Below are positions 1 to 13,090 of a stretch of 59,523 nucleotides of DNA, in pieces (positions within the stretch are counted from its first letter, which is position 1; the number at the start of each line of letters is the position of its first letter). The translations under genes and the position numbers were made by a program. Where the stretch lies: positions 1 to 59,523 of the forward strand of contig JACREE010000022.1 of NCBI GenBank assembly GCA_016218405.1, read 5' to 3'. Under the pieces are notes generated by a model that worked only from the letters and a program-made list of their open reading frames with translations, searched no databases and had not been told where the DNA came from. This DNA comes from Gammaproteobacteria bacterium (lineage in GTDB: Bacteria > Pseudomonadota > Gammaproteobacteria > HIGHO2-12-38-15).

Positions 1-71
1 CATTGAACATGTTTTACTCGAGTGCTGAGGCGTAATTTGTAGGCCGGGGGCCAGTTGAGAGTCGTATTCAT
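1..71 (-). CDS. 5' end of a gene running off the window, possibly YgjP/M48-like (DUF45) metallopeptidase
   Basis: ATG at 71 opens MNTTLNWPPAYKLRLSTRVKHVQ to the window edge; the Y-x-L-R-x-S-x-R-x-K pattern resembles YgjP-family N-termini; only 23 codons visible. Confidence 0.35.
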   Translation of the reverse strand, partial: MNTTLNWPPAYKLRLSTRVKHVQ

Positions 72-139
72 GTTGAAGTAGATCTTGTCTTTCACTTCTA
101 TCTAAAACCCAGTATCATCGAAAATATTTATCAAATAAA

Positions 140-286
140 TAGGGCCTGCTTATATTTCTACTAGGTTGGTCATAAAACCTCGATTTTTTGTGGTCCGTTG
201 CTCACATACAAACAACGTATGCTCTGCTACGGTCCTCAAAAATCAAGTTTTTCTGACTCAGTCTAGCGAAATATAAACAGCCCCTA
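140..286. repeat. Nested palindromic element (RPE/MITE-like), copy 1
   Basis: Imperfect terminal inverted repeats TAGGGCCTGCTTATATTTC / GAAATATAAACAGCCCCTA, TA at both ends, inner CATAC...GTATG hairpin; colinear with 57176-57324. Confidence 0.8.
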
Positions 287-310
287 TCTTTCTTAAAGAG
301 GGATATCAAC

Positions 311-1138
311 TTGGCTAAGATCATTGTTGTTACGTCAGGGAAAGGGGGCGTGGGTAAAACCACCAGTAGTGCGGCGATTGCCACCGGACTTGCATTGCGC
401 GGCCTTAAAACCGTTGTGATCGATTTTGATGTGGGTTTGCGCAATCTTGATTTAATCATGGGCTGCGAACGCCGCGTTGTGTACGACTTGATTAACGTTG
501 TCAATGGTGAGTCAAATTTAAAACAAACATTGATTAAAGATAAGCGTACAGAAAATCTTTATATTTTACCTGCGTCGCAAACGCGTGATAAAGATGCGCT
601 TACCAAAGAAGGCGTGGAGCGTGTCATCAATGAATTGCATCCCGACTTTGATTATATTGTGTGCGACTCACCTGCGGGTATTGAAAAAGGCGCGATGATG
701 GCCTTGTATTTTGCAGATGCAGCCATTGTGGTGACTAACCCCGAAGTTTCTTCTGTGCGAGACTCTGATCGTATCTTGGGTATCTTGGCCAGTAAGTCTC
801 GTCGTGCAGAACAAGGTCTTGAACCTGTCACGGAACATCTTTTGCTGACGCGTTATTCGCCCGAGCGGGTTGTGCGTGGCGATATGTTGAGTGTGGAAGA
901 TGTACAAGAAATTCTTTCTGTGCCGCTGCTGGGTGTGATTCCAGAGTCACAAGCGGTGCTGCGTGCTTCTAATTCAGGTGAGCCCGTTATTTTGGATAGT
1001 GTGAGTGATGCGGGTCAAGCGTATTCGGATGCAGTGGGGCGATTTTTAGGTGAAAACATCCCTTTCCGATTTGTGAAGCCGCCAAAAAAGGGATTGTTGG
1101 GCCGGTTGTTTGGCAAACGTGAGGAGGCGACCCTATGA
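311..1138 (+). CDS. minD: Septum site-determining ATPase MinD
   Basis: Deviant Walker [22 protein letters not shown]-terminal amphipathic helix KGLLGRLFG; TTG start with GAGGG upstream. Confidence 0.97.
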   Translation: MAKIIVVTSGKGGVGKTTSSAAIATGLALRGLKTVVIDFDVGLRNLDLIMGCERRVVYDLINVVNGESNLKQTLIKDKRTENLYILPASQTRDKDALTKEGVERVINELHPDFDYIVCDSPAGIEKGAMMALYFADAAIVVTNPEVSSVRDSDRILGILASKSRRAEQGLEPVTEHLLLTRYSPERVVRGDMLSVEDVQEILSVPLLGVIPESQAVLRASNSGEPVILDSVSDAGQAYSDAVGRFLGENIPFRFVKPPKKGLLGRLFGKREEATL

Positions 1139-1425
1139 GTCTGGTGAGTTTTTTAGAAAGATTATTGAATGCAAATTCAAAACAAAACACGGCGAGAATT
1201 GCCAAAGAGCGTTTGCAAATCATTGTGTCGCATGAACGAAAAAAGAATAGCCCCGATTTTTTACCTATGTTACAGCAAGAGTTAATCGATGTGATCGCCA
1301 AATATGTCAAAATTGACAAAGATCAAGTGAAAGTTGAATTAGAGCGTACGGGCGATTGTTCTGTTTTGGAATTAAACGTAACCCTGCCATCACAGACCCC
1401 CACTCCTGTGATGGAGGATTTGTGA
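1135..1425 (+). CDS. minE: Cell division topological specificity factor MinE
   Basis: [17 protein letters not shown] and VLELNVTLP motifs; ATGA overlap with minD. Confidence 0.95.
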   Translation: MSLVSFLERLLNANSKQNTARIAKERLQIIVSHERKKNSPDFLPMLQQELIDVIAKYVKIDKDQVKVELERTGDCSVLELNVTLPSQTPTPVMEDL

Positions 1426-3081
<1,656 letters not shown>

Positions 3082-3108
3082 GCATACCCCTGTGATAGGA
3101 TAAAAATC

Positions 3109-3675
3109 ATGTTAAATATACTTGAATCAATCCATGAACATCAACAAGTAATTAAAGGGTTGGAGGTGCTTGTCCCCCAAATAGAACAAATTTCACAACG
3201 AGTGACGCAGGCGGTACAGCAGGGTGGAACGGTGTTTTGGCTTGGAAATGGGGGAAGCGCAGCGGATGCCCAGCATTTAGCGGCTGAATTAATTGGGCGT
3301 TTTACCCAGGAACGTCGTGCTATTCCTTCCTTGTCTCTTTCCACGGATACCTCTGTGTTGACCTGTCTTAGCAATGATTACGATTACTCGCTTGTTTTTG
3401 CTCGTCAGTTAGAGGGCTTATGTCATGCTCAGGATGTGGTAGTGGGTTTATCCACCTCAGGCAATAGCCCTAATGTCTTAAAAGGCATGGAAGTAGCCAA
3501 GCAAAAAGGGGCTTGTACAGTAGGTTTAACAGGTCAGCAGGGCGGTAAATTAATGGCTTGCACGGATTTTTGTTTAACTGTGCCATCAAAAATAACGGCG
3601 CGTATTCAAGAAGCCCATATTTTGATAGGCCATATGATATGTGAATGGGTAGAAAATGCAGTCGCTAAGCAATGA
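3109..3675 (+). CDS. gmhA: Phosphoheptose isomerase (SIS domain)
   Basis: GNGGSAADAQHLAAEL, STSGNSPNV, TARIQEAH. Confidence 0.93.
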   Translation: MLNILESIHEHQQVIKGLEVLVPQIEQISQRVTQAVQQGGTVFWLGNGGSAADAQHLAAELIGRFTQERRAIPSLSLSTDTSVLTCLSNDYDYSLVFARQLEGLCHAQDVVVGLSTSGNSPNVLKGMEVAKQKGACTVGLTGQQGGKLMACTDFCLTVPSKITARIQEAHILIGHMICEWVENAVAKQ

Positions 3676-4375
3676 AAAACAAGTAAAAACAGCGGCTATT
3701 TTGGTGGGGGGCAAGGGAACGCGTTTGCAACCCCTCATTTCTCACGTGCCTAAACCACTTGCACCCGTTGGGGATGAGCCTTTTTTATTTCTCTTGATTC
3801 GGGCTTTGTTGAAAGTAGGTTATCAAAATATTGTACTGCTGACGGGCTATCGTCATGAGGCCATTGTGGAGGCTTGTCAGTCAGATAATGCGCCCAAAGC
3901 AAATTTTTATTACTCAAGGGAGTTGACCCCCCTAGGCACAGCAGGTGCACTGAAGCAGGCGCAAAAATATCTTTCTTCTTGTGCTGAATTTTTGCTTTTA
4001 AATGGCGATACCTATCTAGATGATTTTGTTACCTTGGCTCGTACTCCTTTAAAAGATAATTTTGGTTTGATGGGTGTGATCAAACCTAAAGAAAATGATC
4101 GTTATGGCAGTGTTTTGTTTGATGCGGAATCAAAACGTATCTTAAGCTTTCAAGAAAAAAATCCCTTAGTGCAATGTTATGTTAATGCAGGTATTTATAA
4201 ATTTTCTCCTGCGATTTTAGCGGAGATTCCGCCACACCAATTTTGTTCTCTAGAAAACGATATTTTACCGTTATTAATTTCTCAGCATAGATCCTTGTGT
4301 GCATTGCCTTTACATGGGCAATTTTATGACATTGGGTTACCAGAAAGTTATCTTCAGTTTGTAGAAGCACATTAG
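3656..4375 (+). CDS. Sugar-1-phosphate nucleotidyltransferase, HddC-like (heptose-1-P guanylyltransferase)
   Basis: GGKGTRL...PKPLAPV, PLGTAGAL, LNGDTY, FYDIGLPESY; overlaps gmhA. Confidence 0.75.
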   Translation: MQSLSNEKQVKTAAILVGGKGTRLQPLISHVPKPLAPVGDEPFLFLLIRALLKVGYQNIVLLTGYRHEAIVEACQSDNAPKANFYYSRELTPLGTAGALKQAQKYLSSCAEFLLLNGDTYLDDFVTLARTPLKDNFGLMGVIKPKENDRYGSVLFDAESKRILSFQEKNPLVQCYVNAGIYKFSPAILAEIPPHQFCSLENDILPLLISQHRSLCALPLHGQFYDIGLPESYLQFVEAH

Positions 4376-4417
4376 GGGCTGTTGATGTTTCTGCTGGGCT
4401 CCTTGCAAGGATAGAAC

Positions 4418-5467
4418 ATGTTAATTTTGGGATGTTTAGTGGGTGTGACGGTGACCGTTGTATGTATTCGTGCATTGTATCCTTTGGCGGGTCGTTTAAA
4501 TTTAGTGGATTATCCGGGTGGGCGGAAACAGCATGCCCAAGCCAAGCCTCTCATTGGTGGGCTGGCTTTGTTTATTGGTTTTACTGCCGCCATGCTTTCT
4601 TTGCCTATTTCATTAATAGGGTATCGTCCTTTTGCTTCCGCGGGTTTGTTATTGGTGTTGATGGGAGTGTTTGATGATATGCATGAGCTGTCACCGCGCG
4701 CTCGCTTAGCGGGTGAGATAGTGGCAGGATTGATCATGACCCTGCTGGGTGGCGTGAGTTTATACCATCTGGGTAATTTATTTTTTACGGGGGATTTAAC
4801 CCTGGGTTGGTTTGCCGTCCCTTTTACTATTTTTGCAACAGTAGGGTTAATCAATGCGGTTAACATGTTGGATGGCAGCGATGGTTTGGCGGGAACACTG
4901 GCTTTTGTGCACTTAGGCTTGCTGGTCATATTGGCTTGGCAAGCGCATTCTTTTGTACAGGTGAGGGTGTTCTTGTTGTTAATGAGTGCTGTGCTGGGTT
5001 TCCTTCTTTATAATTTCCCTTTTTTCAAAGATAGACCTGCTCGTTTATTTATGGGTGATGCAGGTAGCATGTTTTTGGGGTATGCCTTGAGCTGGTTTTC
5101 CATCAGTTTATCCCAGCTACCTAATGGCGTTATTTGTTCCGTGAGTATTTTGTGGGTATTGGGATTGACGCTATGGGATGCTTTCCGTGTGATTATAGTG
5201 AGATTGTTGGCGGGCCGTTCTCCTTTTAAGCCCGACAGAAATCATTTGCACCATCTTCTGCAAGAGGCAGGCGTGATGCCTCGAGAAATTTGTTTGTTGA
5301 TGGGGGCCACCAGTGTCATTCTAGGTGGAATAGGCATTGTTGGGCAGCGTATGGGTTTAAGTTCTGCTACTTTACTGATTACTTATTTAGGCGGTTTTTG
5401 TTTTTATTGTTTTTTGGTTCACTTTTTCTTGGGTCGCGACAGCAGTGTCGATCAAGAAATGGCGTAA
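4418..5467 (+). CDS. wecA: Undecaprenyl-phosphate GlcNAc-1-phosphate transferase (WecA/MraY family)
   Basis: Polytopic membrane protein with GVFDD, NAVNMLDGSDGL, FMGDAGS, PDRNHLHH. Confidence 0.88.
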   Translation: MLILGCLVGVTVTVVCIRALYPLAGRLNLVDYPGGRKQHAQAKPLIGGLALFIGFTAAMLSLPISLIGYRPFASAGLLLVLMGVFDDMHELSPRARLAGEIVAGLIMTLLGGVSLYHLGNLFFTGDLTLGWFAVPFTIFATVGLINAVNMLDGSDGLAGTLAFVHLGLLVILAWQAHSFVQVRVFLLLMSAVLGFLLYNFPFFKDRPARLFMGDAGSMFLGYALSWFSISLSQLPNGVICSVSILWVLGLTLWDAFRVIIVRLLAGRSPFKPDRNHLHHLLQEAGVMPREICLLMGATSVILGGIGIVGQRMGLSSATLLITYLGGFCFYCFLVHFFLGRDSSVDQEMA

Positions 5468-7381
<1,914 letters not shown>

Positions 7382-7452
7382 TGATCACCATTCCCCCGGG
7401 AGCGTCATTGCTAAGCAATCCACGTCGATGACTATAGAATTGCAAACAGTCT

Positions 7453-7620
7453 CTATGCTTCGACCATCTCGAAATCATCTTTGGTGGCGCCGCAATCAGG
7501 GCATTGCCAGTTGGGTGGCACATCATTCCAATGTGTGCCGGGTTCAATGCCTTCGTCTGGCCAACCTAGAGATTCATCGTAAATTAACCCGCAAATCAAA
7601 CAAATATAACGTTTCATCAT
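7453..7620 (-). CDS. Rubredoxin (55 aa, below the ORF-track cutoff)
   Basis: Hand translation [55 protein letters not shown]; CxxCG and CPxCG iron knuckles; ATGA overlap with the upstream HPt gene (alternative start 7617). Confidence 0.95.
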   Translation of the reverse strand: MMKRYICLICGLIYDESLGWPDEGIEPGTHWNDVPPNWQCPDCGATKDDFEMVEA

Positions 7621-7967
7621 AGTACTCCGTTTGCTAATAATCTTTTGTACTCTTCTTGAACTGCTTGTGCTGTTTCATCTATTTTTATTTGAAGCGAATT
7701 TAATTCAGTCCACTGTTTTAAATCTAATGCCGATTGTAATTTAACCAAGACCGCGCTTAACAAGGGGACGGCACAATAACAACAAGCCCCGTAAAGTTTA
7801 TGAACATGCCCCGCGAGTGCTGAGTAATTTTGTTTCTGGCAGGCAAGTTGAATGTCTCGTTGTGCCTCAGGAAGATGTTTGATGAATAATGACAATAATT
7901 CTTTTGCGAGCGCTGCATCGCCGTTGGCCAAGCGAAGGGAAGCTGCCCAATCAATCGGATTCATCAC
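7617..7967 (-). CDS. Stand-alone histidine phosphotransfer (HPt) protein, BarA/GacS/LetS-HPt-like
   Basis: IDW...[15 protein letters not shown] and [10 protein letters not shown] resemble the C-terminal HPt domain of BarA/GacS kinases; AGGAGG upstream. Confidence 0.82.
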   Translation of the reverse strand: MMNPIDWAASLRLANGDAALAKELLSLFIKHLPEAQRDIQLACQKQNYSALAGHVHKLYGACCYCAVPLLSAVLVKLQSALDLKQWTELNSLQIKIDETAQAVQEEYKRLLANGVL

Positions 7968-8079
7968 CCCTGCCTCCTAAAAATGACGCTATTTTACCCA
8001 AAAATATTTAAAATAACAGCTCTTTTAGAGCGTTTTATTCAAAACAAAGTTGTTGGGTGTTTTGTGATCTCCAAAAAAC

Positions 8080-8108
8080 TTCCGAAAAGAAGCAGTTTAA
8101 GGTATGCT
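8080..8108 (+). promoter_or_regulatory. Candidate sigma70 promoter for tRNA-Ser/letA
   Basis: TTCCGA-17 bp-TATGCT, about 40 nt upstream of the tRNA. Confidence 0.3.
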
Positions 8109-8149
8109 CATAGGTTGTGTACCTTCTGAAAAGCAAAGGTATGTGAGCG

Positions 8150-8238
8150 GGAGAGGTGGCTGAGCGGTCGAAAGCGGCGGTCTTGAAAACCGTTGAGGGG
8201 TCTCCCCTCCCAGGGTTCGAATCCCTGCCTCTCCGCCA
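8150..8238 (+). tRNA. tRNA-Ser (anticodon TGA)
   Basis: Acceptor stem GGAGAGG/CCTCTCC, anticodon loop CT-TGA-AA, long variable arm, GGTTCGAATCC T-arm, encoded GCCA end. Confidence 0.97.
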
Positions 8239-8313
8239 ACATCAAATACAATAATTCTTTTCTTATAAATGGGGTGTTGAACGTATTTCTCAAGAACATA
8301 AGGAGCTGGCCAC

Positions 8314-8994
8314 GTGATAAAAGTAATGTTGGTCGATGATCACGAGTTAGTACGTACGGGTATTCGAAGTTTTCTTTCCCAAGCTAAAGACATCAGCATT
8401 ATTGCTGAAGCAGCCACGGGTGAAATTGCACTTCGTTTATCCAAAGAACGTCATCCTGATGTTGTTCTCATGGATCTGCAGATGCCTGGTATGGGTGGGC
8501 TTGAAGCAACGCGTAAATTGGTGCGCAGCTCCCCTGATATTAAAGTGATCGCCGTCACGGCACATGATAAAGATCCCCTGCCTTCTCGGTTACTTGAGGT
8601 GGGTGCGGCCGGTTTTTTGACAAAAGATTGTCATCTTGAAGAAATTTTACAGGCGATTCGTAAGGTATACTCTGGGCAGTATCATATGAGTCCGGCCTTG
8701 AGCGAACGTTTGGCATTGAAGCAAGTCAGGAGTCCGCACACAAAATCACCTTTGGAGCAACTTTCAGCGCGTGAGCTGGAGGTCATGACCATGATCACGA
8801 ATGGTTCTAAAGTGAAGGAAATTTCAGAAACCTTGCACTTGAGTGCAAAAACCATCAATAGTTATCGTTATCGAATTTTTGAAAAACTGAGCATCGACAA
8901 TGACGTTAAGCTCACTCATATCGCCATTCAGTATGGATTACTTAAAGTAGGCGGATTTGAAGGTCTTGAAAACGTCATGGAAGCGACTTCATAA
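8314..8994 (+). CDS. NarL-family response regulator, UvrY/GacA/LetA type
   Basis: VMLVDDHELVRTGI, VVLMDLQMPGMGGLEATRK, LuxR HTH ending KTINSYRYRIFEKL; AAGGAG before GTG. Confidence 0.92.
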   Translation: MIKVMLVDDHELVRTGIRSFLSQAKDISIIAEAATGEIALRLSKERHPDVVLMDLQMPGMGGLEATRKLVRSSPDIKVIAVTAHDKDPLPSRLLEVGAAGFLTKDCHLEEILQAIRKVYSGQYHMSPALSERLALKQVRSPHTKSPLEQLSARELEVMTMITNGSKVKEISETLHLSAKTINSYRYRIFEKLSIDNDVKLTHIAIQYGLLKVGGFEGLENVMEATS

Positions 8995-8997
8995 CTC

Positions 8998-10923
8998 ATG
9001 CCCACGCTATCTTCTCGAGAACTGACCTTTCGTGCTGTTTTGCTTGGCATGGTACTGGCTGTGTTACTGGCTGCCTCTAATACGTATTTAGCACTTAAAA
9101 TTGGTATCTTAACCTCTGCTTCTATTCCTGCCGCTGTGCTTTCAATGGGAATTTTACGTTTTTTTAAACGTGTTTCTATTTTAGAAAATAATTTAGTGCA
9201 AACAGCAGCTTCTGCAGGTGAAGCCATTGCAGGTGGAATTGTATATACGATCCCGGGCTTGATTTTAATTCACTATTGGCAAGGTTTTGATTATTGGGAA
9301 AATTTTTTTATTGCGCTGATCGGGGGTAGTCTCGGTATTTTATTTTCTATCCCAATTCGACGTACCTTGGTTCACGACGAAAGTTTACGTTTTCCAGAGG
9401 GGCGCGCGATTGCACAGGTGTTGCAAATGACGTCGCAAGAAAAGTCACAGCATTTTAAGTATATGGTTCAAGGCGGGGTATTGGGTGCGATCATTGAATT
9501 TTTGCAAAGTGGCTTACATGTGGTGTCGGCGAGTGCGCAATCATGGTTTCGCGTAAAACAAGTGGTGCTGGGTGGAGGGCTGGGGTTTTCAGCCACCCTG
9601 GTGGGCGCTGGTTTTTTGATGGGTATTCGCTTGGGATCGAGTTTACTCATAGGTGCTGTCGTGGCATGGATCATAGGTGTGCCTATTCTTTCATTTCAAC
9701 AGGGTGATATTCATTCTTCGGCTGCTCAAGTGGTCGCCACGTTGAGAAATGAAAAAATTGCCTATTTAGGAATAGGCGCCATGTTAACAGGGGGTGTGTG
9801 GGCATTAGTGTGTTTTATAAAGCCATTTTATATCAGCTTGGCGGGGACGTTCGCTGAGTTTTCACGCAGAACAGTGCGTAGGAGTACACTACCCCGTACA
9901 GAACGTGATATTCCTTTTTCTTATATCGTGCTGGGTTTGTTGCTTTGTTTTGTGGGATTATATTTTTTATTTCAACATTTATGTCAGTTATCGTTGATGG
10001 TGCCGAGTGCCCTTCAGCAAAATATATTTTTGATGATCATATTGGCTTATTTATTATTGTTAGGCTTCGCGGCTTCGACTATTTGTGGTTATTTTTCTGG
10101 GATGGTGGGGGTCACGGCCAGTCCAGGTTCTGCTGTTGCGATTGCATCTGTTTTATTGAGCGCATTGCTTGTTCGAATGATGTTAGGTTTTGTTCCTGCG
10201 AGTAATTTGTTGCCTGCCTTATGGCTTAAAGAGGCCAGTGCTATCGTGATCATCATGACGTGTGTGATCATGGGGGGAGCCGCTATTGCAAATGATAATA
10301 TTCAAGACCTAAAGGTGGGATACTTAATTAAAGCCACGCCTTGGAAGCAACAGCTGATGTTGTTTTTGGGTGTGCTGATGGCGTCTGCAACGGTTCCCGT
10401 GGTCATGCAGCTCTTGTTCTCAGTATATGGTATTGGCGATGTTCTTCCTCGTGCAGGTATGAACCCCGCGCAAGCGTTGGCTGCGCCGCCCGCGATGATC
10501 ATGGCAACCCTCGCTCAGTCTGTTTTTAACCATCAACTTCCGTTTGTTTATTTTGGTGTAGGTGCATTGGTCGTATTTTTCTTTATTCTTTTTCAAAAGC
10601 GATTTAATTTGTCTGCATTGGGAATAGGCATTGGCATGTATTTACCTCTTAGCACGTCTACCCCGTTAATTTTAGGGAGCTTTTTTTCTTATTTGCATGA
10701 TCGTGCTCGAAAAAAATCGGGAATTCAAACACAGTCCGGTACGCTTAAGGCGTGTGGTATTGTGGCGGGTGCGGCTCTTATGGATGTATTGATTGCTATC
10801 CCGCTTGCGCTGAATCCTGATGTGACTATGTTTACGCTTTTCCCTTCTTCGTGGGAGATTATGTCTGTCTTTTTAGGTTTTGTTGTTTTATTTATTTTGG
10901 GCAAGTGGTTAAATAGCCGTTAA
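8998..10923 (+). CDS. OPT-family oligopeptide transporter
   Basis: ELTFRAVLLG, ILENNLVQTAASAG, LRFPEG, NDNIQDLKVGYLIKATPWKQQ; many TM segments. Confidence 0.92.
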   Translation: MPTLSSRELTFRAVLLGMVLAVLLAASNTYLALKIGILTSASIPAAVLSMGILRFFKRVSILENNLVQTAASAGEAIAGGIVYTIPGLILIHYWQGFDYWENFFIALIGGSLGILFSIPIRRTLVHDESLRFPEGRAIAQVLQMTSQEKSQHFKYMVQGGVLGAIIEFLQSGLHVVSASAQSWFRVKQVVLGGGLGFSATLVGAGFLMGIRLGSSLLIGAVVAWIIGVPILSFQQGDIHSSAAQVVATLRNEKIAYLGIGAMLTGGVWALVCFIKPFYISLAGTFAEFSRRTVRRSTLPRTERDIPFSYIVLGLLLCFVGLYFLFQHLCQLSLMVPSALQQNIFLMIILAYLLLLGFAASTICGYFSGMVGVTASPGSAVAIASVLLSALLVRMMLGFVPASNLLPALWLKEASAIVIIMTCVIMGGAAIANDNIQDLKVGYLIKATPWKQQLMLFLGVLMASATVPVVMQLLFSVYGIGDVLPRAGMNPAQALAAPPAMIMATLAQSVFNHQLPFVYFGVGALVVFFFILFQKRFNLSALGIGIGMYLPLSTSTPLILGSFFSYLHDRARKKSGIQTQSGTLKACGIVAGAALMDVLIAIPLALNPDVTMFTLFPSSWEIMSVFLGFVVLFILGKWLNSR

Positions 10924-12141
10924 AGCAATAAATTTTTTTATTTCTTGCAATCGCTGTTCTCGTATTTTTTCTTTAATTTGATCGCCGTTCCTATTTTTTA
11001 TTGAATGTGTGTTTATGGGAATAGATTTAATTTTATTAAAAAGCGTCAGCAAATACGTTTTCTGTGGGTAAGTTTTTTCTTCTACATTGTTTCTGCCAAA
11101 AAAATCTGCTTCACACGCTAACAACAAGAGTTCAAAACGTTCAGGACGACGAAAGGCGTCTGTTTTTTCGAATAAAGTGAGTAGGGTGGCGGCTTTTAAT
11201 GTTTGAGCGCGATGAATATGCGTATGATATTCGGCTACTAAAAGCGCCAAGGCTTGATAATCTTTAGGTACTTTATAACGTTGGCAGAGTGTTTTGATGA
11301 GAGGGAGGCTTCTTTTTTCATGATCATGATGTGCGGGCCACGCAGATGCGAGCGTATTTCCTTTACCCAAATCATGCAGTAAAGCTGCAAAACACACGAT
11401 AGGTGAAGCATGAAGTGAGGCAGCATAGGCTACAACCATGAAAGTATGTATGCCTGTATCTATTTCGGCATGATATTGAGGTGGAGCGGGTACGCCAAAT
11501 AAGGCATCTATTTCAGGAAATAAGATGTTTAAGGCACCGCATTCGCGTAAAACTTGTAGAAACACCTGCGGCGCAGAAGTGGAAAATGACAATTGCCATT
11601 CTTGCCAAACACGTTCAGGTACCAAGGCATTGATTTCGCCAGCGCGTACCATTTTTTTCATCAATGCTTTAGTTTCTTCTGCGATAGTAAAGCCTAGCGA
11701 AGCATAGCGTGCTGCAAAACGCGCAATACGTAATATGCGTACAGGATCTTCGACGAAAGCATCAGACACATGTCGTAATAGTTTATTTTCTAAATCTTGT
11801 TTTCCATGGAAGGGATCGATGATGTGACCTTGTTCATCCATCGCCATGGCATTAATGGTTAAATCACGACGCTTTAAGTCTTCTTCTAGGGTGACGCTGG
11901 GATCGGCATGAAAAACAAAACCAGTGTAACCCTTGCCTGTTTTGCGTTCTGTCCGCGCCAAGGCATATTCTTCTTTGGTGTGGGGATGTAAAAATACCGG
12001 AAAATCTTTTCCAACGGGTTTATATCCTTTTGCGCGCAAGGCATCGGGTGTGGTACCTACCACCACATAATCTTTTTCTTGAACGGGTAATCCCAACAAC
12101 TGATCGCGTACGGCGCCCCCCACTAAATAAACAGTCTCCAA
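10909..12141 (-). CDS. cca: Multifunctional CCA-adding tRNA nucleotidyltransferase with HD domain
   Basis: YLVGGAVRD, EYALARTERK, RRDLTINAMA, EDPVRILR, LLHDLGKG. Confidence 0.96.
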   Translation of the reverse strand: METVYLVGGAVRDQLLGLPVQEKDYVVVGTTPDALRAKGYKPVGKDFPVFLHPHTKEEYALARTERKTGKGYTGFVFHADPSVTLEEDLKRRDLTINAMAMDEQGHIIDPFHGKQDLENKLLRHVSDAFVEDPVRILRIARFAARYASLGFTIAEETKALMKKMVRAGEINALVPERVWQEWQLSFSTSAPQVFLQVLRECGALNILFPEIDALFGVPAPPQYHAEIDTGIHTFMVVAYAASLHASPIVCFAALLHDLGKGNTLASAWPAHHDHEKRSLPLIKTLCQRYKVPKDYQALALLVAEYHTHIHRAQTLKAATLLTLFEKTDAFRRPERFELLLLACEADFFGRNNVEEKTYPQKTYLLTLFNKIKSIPINTHSIKNRNGDQIKEKIREQRLQEIKKFIALTAI

Positions 12142-12233
12142 GGATGACTCCAGTTATTCGATAGAAGCCTTAAGTTTACAGCAAGAACAGATATGGTAGC
12201 ATTATCCAACCTAAACAAAGCCCTGCCTATGAC

Positions 12234-13079
12234 ATGCCCTGCCCTGTTTCCATTTTAAGTCATCACTGCTTGCCTCAGCATGCTATATCGCGATGGGCGG
12301 GTCGATTGGCGCACGCGAAAACTCCTTTTGTTAAAAATGCACTCATTCGTTCATTTGTTCGTCGCTACCCCATCAATATGGTGGAAGCTGCAGAGCCTAA
12401 TTTAGACGCTTATGCTTCATTTAATGATTTTTTTACACGTACTTTAAAGCCTGAGGCGCGGCCACTTGATTTGCGCGAAGACAGTATCCTTTCTCCTGCA
12501 GATGGTACGATCAGTGAAATAGGTGACATTGAAAATAATACCTTGATTCAAGCCAAAGGCAGGTATTTTGATTTAGATCAATTGCTCGGACAGCAAACTT
12601 ATTTGAGTGCTTTGTTCCAAAATGGAAAGTTTGCAACCATTTATTTGGCGCCGAGTGATTATCATCGGGTGCACATGCCGTTGGCAGGACAATTGCGAGA
12701 CATGATCTATGTCCCTGGTCGATTATTTTCTGTTAACTTTAAAAGCAGTCAGCATATCCCCCAGTTATTTGCGCGTAATGAACGTGTGATTGCTATTTTT
12801 GACACCGTGGCAGGCCCCATGGCCATGATTTTGGTCGGTGCTATGATTGTGGCGAGTATTCATACTCAATGGGCAGGCCAAGTTGCACCGAGTTCACTTC
12901 GTACCATCACTGTCAGAAAATACACGGATGTTACCTTAGAAAAAGGGCAAGAGATGGGGTATTTTAGTTTAGGTTCCACCGTTATCGTTCTTTTTGGTCC
13001 CCAAAAAACACAGTGGAATCCTGGTTTGCAGACTCTTTCTACGCTCAAAATGGGTGAATCGATAGGTAAGATGTTTTAA
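12234..13079 (+). CDS. psd: Phosphatidylserine decarboxylase proenzyme
   Basis: SFNDFFTR, SPADG, YLAPSDYHRVHMP, LGST autocleavage motif. Confidence 0.95.
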   Translation: MPCPVSILSHHCLPQHAISRWAGRLAHAKTPFVKNALIRSFVRRYPINMVEAAEPNLDAYASFNDFFTRTLKPEARPLDLREDSILSPADGTISEIGDIENNTLIQAKGRYFDLDQLLGQQTYLSALFQNGKFATIYLAPSDYHRVHMPLAGQLRDMIYVPGRLFSVNFKSSQHIPQLFARNERVIAIFDTVAGPMAMILVGAMIVASIHTQWAGQVAPSSLRTITVRKYTDVTLEKGQEMGYFSLGSTVIVLFGPQKTQWNPGLQTLSTLKMGESIGKMF

Positions 13080-13090
13080 AAGGATTTTAA

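Noticed and set aside
7404-7432. GTCATTGC-TAAGCAATCCA-CGTCG-ATGAC, resembling a collapsed GTCATTGCGAG-type REP/RPE repeat or a terminator between parE and rubredoxin
   Set aside because: Short, single copy, no T-tract; cannot be distinguished from chance
8108-8299. 63-aa ORF containing LAERQGFEPW
   Set aside because: Typical antisense translation of a tRNA gene
8150-8313. tRNA-Ser as a prophage or island integration site
   Set aside because: No integrase nearby and no duplicated tRNA 3' end noticed in the window
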